64,000 bases of DNA, taken from positions 356,086-420,085 of the forward strand of contig NZ_CVTY01000006.1 in assembly GCF_001182045.1 (NCBI RefSeq). Direction: 5' to 3'. A program made the position numbers and the translations under genes. Positions 59,529 to 64,000 of this stretch are shown piece after piece. The stretch's first letter is position 1; each line of letters starts with the position of its first letter. Source of the DNA: Dakarella massiliensis. GTDB taxonomy: Bacteria; Pseudomonadota; Gammaproteobacteria; Burkholderiales; Burkholderiaceae_F. The notes beneath the pieces are model-generated. The model did not search any database. It was not told where the DNA came from and was given only the letters and a program-made list of their open reading frames with translations.

Positions 59529-60482
59529 ATGGAATCAATTGATATCAGAAGGCTGGAAAATATCAGCGGTCTACGTCTTCTTAGGTCTATATGCAGACTT
59601 GGTACTCTTTCTGCTGCCGCTGAAGAGCAGAAACTGTCGATATCGGCAGCCAGCCATCAGCTCGCTGTGATGAAGGACTTCTTCAAGGACGAACTGTTTC
59701 AGAGGTCAGGCAGAGGATTGATTCCTAACAGCAGAATGGGTGATCTGCTGCCTCGAATCATCCAGGTGCTTGATGGACTGGATGCTTTGAACGAGGACGA
59801 GTCGTTTGACCCAGGAAAGGTCAAACGACAGATGAGAATCCTCTGTTATGGGGTCGGGTACTTCACTTTTATTCTTCCGATTCTTTCCGAATTATTCGCT
59901 GAAGCTCCGGGGCTTCATCTCAGTATTAACTTCTATCCAAAGGATGGAAAGGCGGTTGAATTTTTTAAAAATGGATTTGCCGATTTTGGATTGAATCCGA
60001 TTCCGCCAACAGTTCAGGGAATCCATATCCACCCTCTGACAACATTGAAATATGTGCTTCTTTTGAGCAGCACACACCCGATTTACAGGCGATGGAAAGA
60101 GTCACATCGTTTCCAGCTGAATTGGCTTCTTCCTTATACGCAATTTATTCCGTCCTCAAGCAAAATCGGCTATTACCGTCCCTGGCTTCAGCTTGCTGAG
60201 CAGGGTATGAGAACGATAGAAAGTCCCTTCTTTCACACGAATTCTTTTTATATCGAAGGTTCAAACGCGGTGGGTTGGATCCCTGAGCCGTCAGGGCGTT
60301 ATCTGGAGGCAAATTCAGGCGGACGACTGGGCGTGATTTCTCTCCCTGGTGAAAAGAAGGGGGAGTTTGTCCCGAAGCTCTTTTGGCACGAAAGGCTGGA
60401 GAATGATCCTCTGCATCAATGGGTCAGATCAAAGATCATCTCTCACGCCTCATCTATGGATTTGAGCAAACCTTTGCTTTAA
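59529..60482 (+). CDS. LysR-family transcriptional regulator
   Basis: HTH LRSICRLGTLSAAAEEQKLSISAASHQL plus a substrate-binding domain. Lower GC (about 45%). Confidence 0.8.
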   Translation: MESIDIRRLENISGLRLLRSICRLGTLSAAAEEQKLSISAASHQLAVMKDFFKDELFQRSGRGLIPNSRMGDLLPRIIQVLDGLDALNEDESFDPGKVKRQMRILCYGVGYFTFILPILSELFAEAPGLHLSINFYPKDGKAVEFFKNGFADFGLNPIPPTVQGIHIHPLTTLKYVLLLSSTHPIYRRWKESHRFQLNWLLPYTQFIPSSSKIGYYRPWLQLAEQGMRTIESPFFHTNSFYIEGSNAVGWIPEPSGRYLEANSGGRLGVISLPGEKKGEFVPKLFWHERLENDPLHQWVRSKIISHASSMDLSKPLL

Positions 60483-61405
60483 TTTGTGCTGACTGTTTTG
60501 GTTCGATAAGAGGCGCCGATGCCGGCGAGCATGATGGCGAAGATGCCGGTAATTTCGGAAGGGGACAGATGCTCTTCGTAAAACAACAGCCCGAATAATG
60601 CAGAAATCGCGATGGTGAAGTACTCGAAGACGGCAGACAGAAGCATATGCTTCGCCATAAAAGCCATTGTGAAAAACAGCTGCTTCATCAGGGCAAGACA
60701 CACCAGGACCAGAATCAGCATCGCATAAGGCAAACTGGCGTCATTTGCCCGAAGAACAGAAAAGAGATCATCAAAGTCAATCAGGAACGCGGCGCCGAAC
60801 GCGCTGATTGCCGAAAAATACATGGCCGTACGCCAGGCGGGCTCCTTCCACTTTCTCATATGACGGATTTTGAGAATTGCTTGCGAAGCACAGAAACCTC
60901 CAAAGAGTGAAACCAGCATTGGAAGGAGATTCTGTTGGTTAAAGTTGTGGATGCAGGGACTGAGGATCAAAACGATCCCGATGAACCCCAGAAGAATGCT
61001 GCCCAGCGATCCCCACGGTAAGTCCTGTTTTCTTTTTAAGGATCCCCATAAGGCTCCAAGGGCCAGAAAAATCGGTGAAGTATAGAAAAGCGCGGTAGCG
61101 TTGGCCAAAGGCTGCCGATTGAGTGACCAAAACCAGCAGCACATAGCTAGGACCCCGAAAAAGGCCCTCAGAATCTGATGACCTGCGCAGGGTGTCGCAA
61201 GGGGCCGGCGCCTGAAAATCGCCCAGAGCAGAATGCAGGCAGCGATTGAAGATGATCGGATAACAATCAGCTGAATTGGTGTCAGGGTAATCAGGAGACT
61301 TCGGGCAGCGATCGAATTAATCGGGGTGATAACCGCAACGGCAAGCATCCAGAACGATCGGTAATCGAAGGAGCCAGATTCCTGAATTGAACTTGACGCG
61401 GCCAT
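60479..61405 (-). CDS. DMT/EamA-family transporter
   Basis: Ten TM helices. Convergent with the LysR gene, overlapping by 4 bp. Confidence 0.7.
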   Translation of the reverse strand: MAASSSIQESGSFDYRSFWMLAVAVITPINSIAARSLLITLTPIQLIVIRSSSIAACILLWAIFRRRPLATPCAGHQILRAFFGVLAMCCWFWSLNRQPLANATALFYTSPIFLALGALWGSLKRKQDLPWGSLGSILLGFIGIVLILSPCIHNFNQQNLLPMLVSLFGGFCASQAILKIRHMRKWKEPAWRTAMYFSAISAFGAAFLIDFDDLFSVLRANDASLPYAMLILVLVCLALMKQLFFTMAFMAKHMLLSAVFEYFTIAISALFGLLFYEEHLSPSEITGIFAIMLAGIGASYRTKTVSTN

Positions 61406-61907
61406 CCTTAAGTTACTCAGCTCCGTTAACAAATTACGAAGACCGTTAATAGCGGTCCTGGAAGAACGCCGATGTCATTTCATTAGGAAATCAGCTTTCT
61501 AATGTGATCCCGCATCAGATTTTTAATCTTGAAAAGGGTGACTTTTTCCGGCATCTGTGTGATACAGAATTTTCATTCTGCTACCAGATTTTGAGGAAAA
61601 CAATAACGTCCAGGATATTTTTAGGGAAAAACGAGCCAGATTTTATTTATGTAATACAATAAATTATCAAAAGCGGATACTTTTCTGAAAAACAGGAGCC
61701 ATGAAAAAGCCCCGGTGTTCTTACAACGTACCGACATGGCCGTTTCTTCACCGGGGCTTTTGGGATGGAAGGCTGGCATGTTGCTGTGAACTTTGCCTTG
61801 CAGTCTTCCTGTTACGGGATCTATTTTGCCTGTCCCAAAAATTTTCTGCCTCAGTGAAAATTCTCTTTTTAAAACAAATGAACTGTGGCATACTTTTAAC
61901 TTCGTTG

Positions 61908-61932
61908 CCGGGGAAAGAGCCCCGGTTTTTTT
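61908..61932 (+). terminator. Rho-independent terminator with no annotated upstream gene
   Basis: CCGGGG-AAAGAG-CCCCGG followed by TTTTTTT. Confidence 0.55.
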
Positions 61933-62119
61933 ATGCCTCGATCAGACGGTTCCCGTCCGCCTCCGCCCCTATAGCCCCGCTCTTCTGATAAACCGTTTAA
62001 CATGACGAAGGAGCAACATACGGAGGTTTTTATCCTGACTCACGGGTTTACGGTATATCAATGTGTTAGAGTAATTCCCGTGATTCAAAATTCAGCAACT
62101 ACAGCGGAAGAGGCGAAAC

Positions 62120-63292
62120 ATGATCCAGTCTTACGATCTCTACATGCCGACCCACCTGATCTTCGGAAAGGGCCGGATTTCGGAACTGAAGGACGCGGTG
62201 GCGGGAGCCGGAAAGAAGGCGCTGATTACGTACGGCGGCGGCTCCGTGAAGCGCTCAGGGCTCTTCCCCCGGGTGAAGGAGCTGCTTGAAAGCGCGGGCT
62301 GCACGGTTTCGGAGTTCGGAGGGATTGAGCCAAACCCGAAGATCACGTCGGTGCGTGAGGGTGTAAGCCTCTGCAAGGACGAAGGGATCGATTTCGTCGT
62401 GGCGGTCGGAGGCGGTTCGGTTCTGGATGCCTCGAAAGCGATCTGCTGCGGCGCGATGTACCCGGGAGATCCGTGGGATCTGGTGCTTGACGCGAAGAAG
62501 ATCAAAGCGTACCTCCCGCTTTTTGACGTCATTACGCTTGCCGCGACCGGGTCTGAGTACGACCGCGCGGGCGTGATCTCAAACGAAGAGACGAAAGAGA
62601 AGCTCACGATCTGGGGAAACTTCCCGGTGACCTCAATCCTCGACCCCGAGTACACGATGACGGTGCCCGCGAACCAGACGGCGGCCGGAATCGCGGACAT
62701 CATGTCGCACACCTTCGAGCAGTACATCGTGCGGGACGGCAATATGCTCTCTGACGGCTTCTGCGAATCGATGCTCCGCACGGTGACGCACTTTGGGCCG
62801 ATCGCGGTGAAAGACCCCACGAACTACGAGGCGCGGGCCGAGATTCTCGCCGCGAGCTCGTTTGGCTGCTGCGGGCTCCTCGCGCTCGGCCGCAACCCGT
62901 CCCCCTGGCCCTGCCACGGAATGGAGCATGAGCTCTCCGCCTGGTACGACATCACGCATGGCGTCGGGCTCGCGATCCTGACGCCTAACTGGATGCGCTG
63001 GTGCCTTGAGACCGATCCCACGACCGTCAATCGTTTCGCGCAGTACGGGGTGAATGTCTGGAAGCTGAACCCTCGGCACGACCCGATGGAAAACGCGAAA
63101 GACGCGATCGCGAATACCCGGAAGTTCTTCGACTCGATCGGGATCCCGAATACCCTTGGAGCGCTTGGGATCGATGACACGCACTTCGGCGAAATGGCGG
63201 ACCACATCAAAGCCTGCTGGGGCGATCTCGGCAAGGCCTTCGTTCCGATGGACCGGGACGCCATCCTCACGGTGCTCCGGATGAGCCTCTGA
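62120..63292 (+). CDS. Iron-containing (group III) alcohol dehydrogenase
   Basis: GGGSVLDASKA and other Fe-ADH motifs; 390 aa. Confidence 0.9.
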   Translation: MIQSYDLYMPTHLIFGKGRISELKDAVAGAGKKALITYGGGSVKRSGLFPRVKELLESAGCTVSEFGGIEPNPKITSVREGVSLCKDEGIDFVVAVGGGSVLDASKAICCGAMYPGDPWDLVLDAKKIKAYLPLFDVITLAATGSEYDRAGVISNEETKEKLTIWGNFPVTSILDPEYTMTVPANQTAAGIADIMSHTFEQYIVRDGNMLSDGFCESMLRTVTHFGPIAVKDPTNYEARAEILAASSFGCCGLLALGRNPSPWPCHGMEHELSAWYDITHGVGLAILTPNWMRWCLETDPTTVNRFAQYGVNVWKLNPRHDPMENAKDAIANTRKFFDSIGIPNTLGALGIDDTHFGEMADHIKACWGDLGKAFVPMDRDAILTVLRMSL

Positions 63293-63657
63293 GACTCTGA
63301 AACTCTGATGTCAGGGATCCGGTCCAGCCGGATCCCGCCTTCCTCCCTTCACACAAACCCCCGCGGCACCTCACCAGGTCCGCGGGGGGTTTCTTCGCCT
63401 CTCAGGCCTGAATCGTTTTCATCTCTCTTTTATGGATTCGTCACCCGTTTGATTGGATTTCGCAGAAATCCGATCAGTTCACGACGGAGTTTTCCCATCC
63501 GCTTCCTAGAATTTCTTACATCAGAACGGAGGGCGGTGAGTTATCGGATTTCCATGCGAACCCGCTCTTCCGCGCAGAATGAAAACCAGACGGAATGGAG
63601 TGATTTGAAGGACGAGTTTCCCTTCTCCTCACTCTCTTCTTTGAGAGGAAATGAAAA

Positions 63658-64000
63658 ATGATTCAGTCTTATGATCTTTATCTCCCCACGCATCTCATTT
63701 TCGGGAAGGGCCGCGTCAAGGAACTCGGGCGTCTCATCAAGGGGTACGGGAGCAAAGTGCTGCTCACGTACGGAGGCGGCTCCGTGAAACGGATCGGACT
63801 CTATGACACCGTGCGGGAGATCCTGCATCAGGAAGGCTGCACGGTCTTTGAGCTCTCCGGAATCGCCCCGAACCCGAAGATCGAGTCGGTGCGGGAAGGC
63901 GTCCGGATCGTAAAGGAAAACGCGATCGACTTTATCGTCGCGATAGGAGGCGGCTCGGTCCTTGACTGCTCCAAAGCGATCGCCTGCGGCGCGGGGTACG
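63658..64000 (+). CDS. Second iron-containing alcohol dehydrogenase paralog (3' end beyond window)
   Basis: MIQSYDLYLPTHLIFGKGR...GGGSVLDCSKA, about 60% identical to the upstream paralog. No stop codon before the window end. Confidence 0.85.
   Translation, partial: MIQSYDLYLPTHLIFGKGRVKELGRLIKGYGSKVLLTYGGGSVKRIGLYDTVREILHQEGCTVFELSGIAPNPKIESVREGVRIVKENAIDFIVAIGGGSVLDCSKAIACGAGY

Overview
This 64 kb window comes from a moderately high-GC (about 60%) diderm bacterium. The evidence for a diderm is an OmpC-type porin ending in F, an LPS heptosyltransferase, and a DsbL–AssT–DsbI periplasmic module. The gene content is compatible with a gut Betaproteobacterium such as Sutterellaceae, but that is inference only.

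The backbone is ordinary chromosome:
- thiC preceded by a recognisable TPP riboswitch
- a class I ribonucleotide reductase (nrdAB) and a Bcp peroxiredoxin
- an Fe–S hydro-lyase pair (tartrate/fumarate family) with a GntR regulator
- two periplasmic flavoproteins with FMN-binding and FAD fumarate-reductase-like domains
- a NikK–CbiM–NikL–CbiQ–CbiO nickel/cobalt ECF transporter
- four LysR regulators
- LysE and DMT exporters, a CDF transporter, tandem Fe-ADH paralogs, and hydrolases

Several accessory patches of lower GC are embedded in this backbone:
1. At 0.6–4.9 kb, a defense/TA-like islet: a Panacea-domain antitoxin-like gene followed by an HNH (His-Me finger) protein, a two-gene operon with a NERD/PD-(D/E)xK-like nuclease, and an orphan AbrB/MazE-type antitoxin.
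2. At 24.3–26.9 kb, a likely mobile-element remnant: iteron-like ATCGG repeat arrays, two tandem HigA/VapI-like HTH antitoxins with no toxin, an AlpA regulator, and a secreted-protein gene broken by an in-frame amber codon.
3. At 31.6–35.2 kb, a membrane module: an SPFH–SHOCT reading frame split by an in-frame TAA, a membrane protein, and a Zn-ribbon/TM/TPR protein. The 3' TPR part of that last gene switches abruptly to low-GC codon usage.
4. At 34.6–40.5 kb and 46.9–53.3 kb, two low-GC glycosylation islands (the second about 33% GC). They carry a roughly 950-aa tri-domain glycosyltransferase interrupted by an amber codon, an LTA-synthase-family transferase, and Gram-positive-style rhamnan genes (RgpF, a GtrB-like GT2, a GtrA-like protein, a DUF2142-like membrane protein), two of which are frameshifted.
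5. At 53.3–54.7 kb, a three-gene cluster ending in a membrane-anchored HIRAN-domain protein.

I found no rRNA, tRNA, CRISPR array, integrase or transposase. Many long ORFs that run antisense to real genes are GC-rich frame artefacts and were not called.
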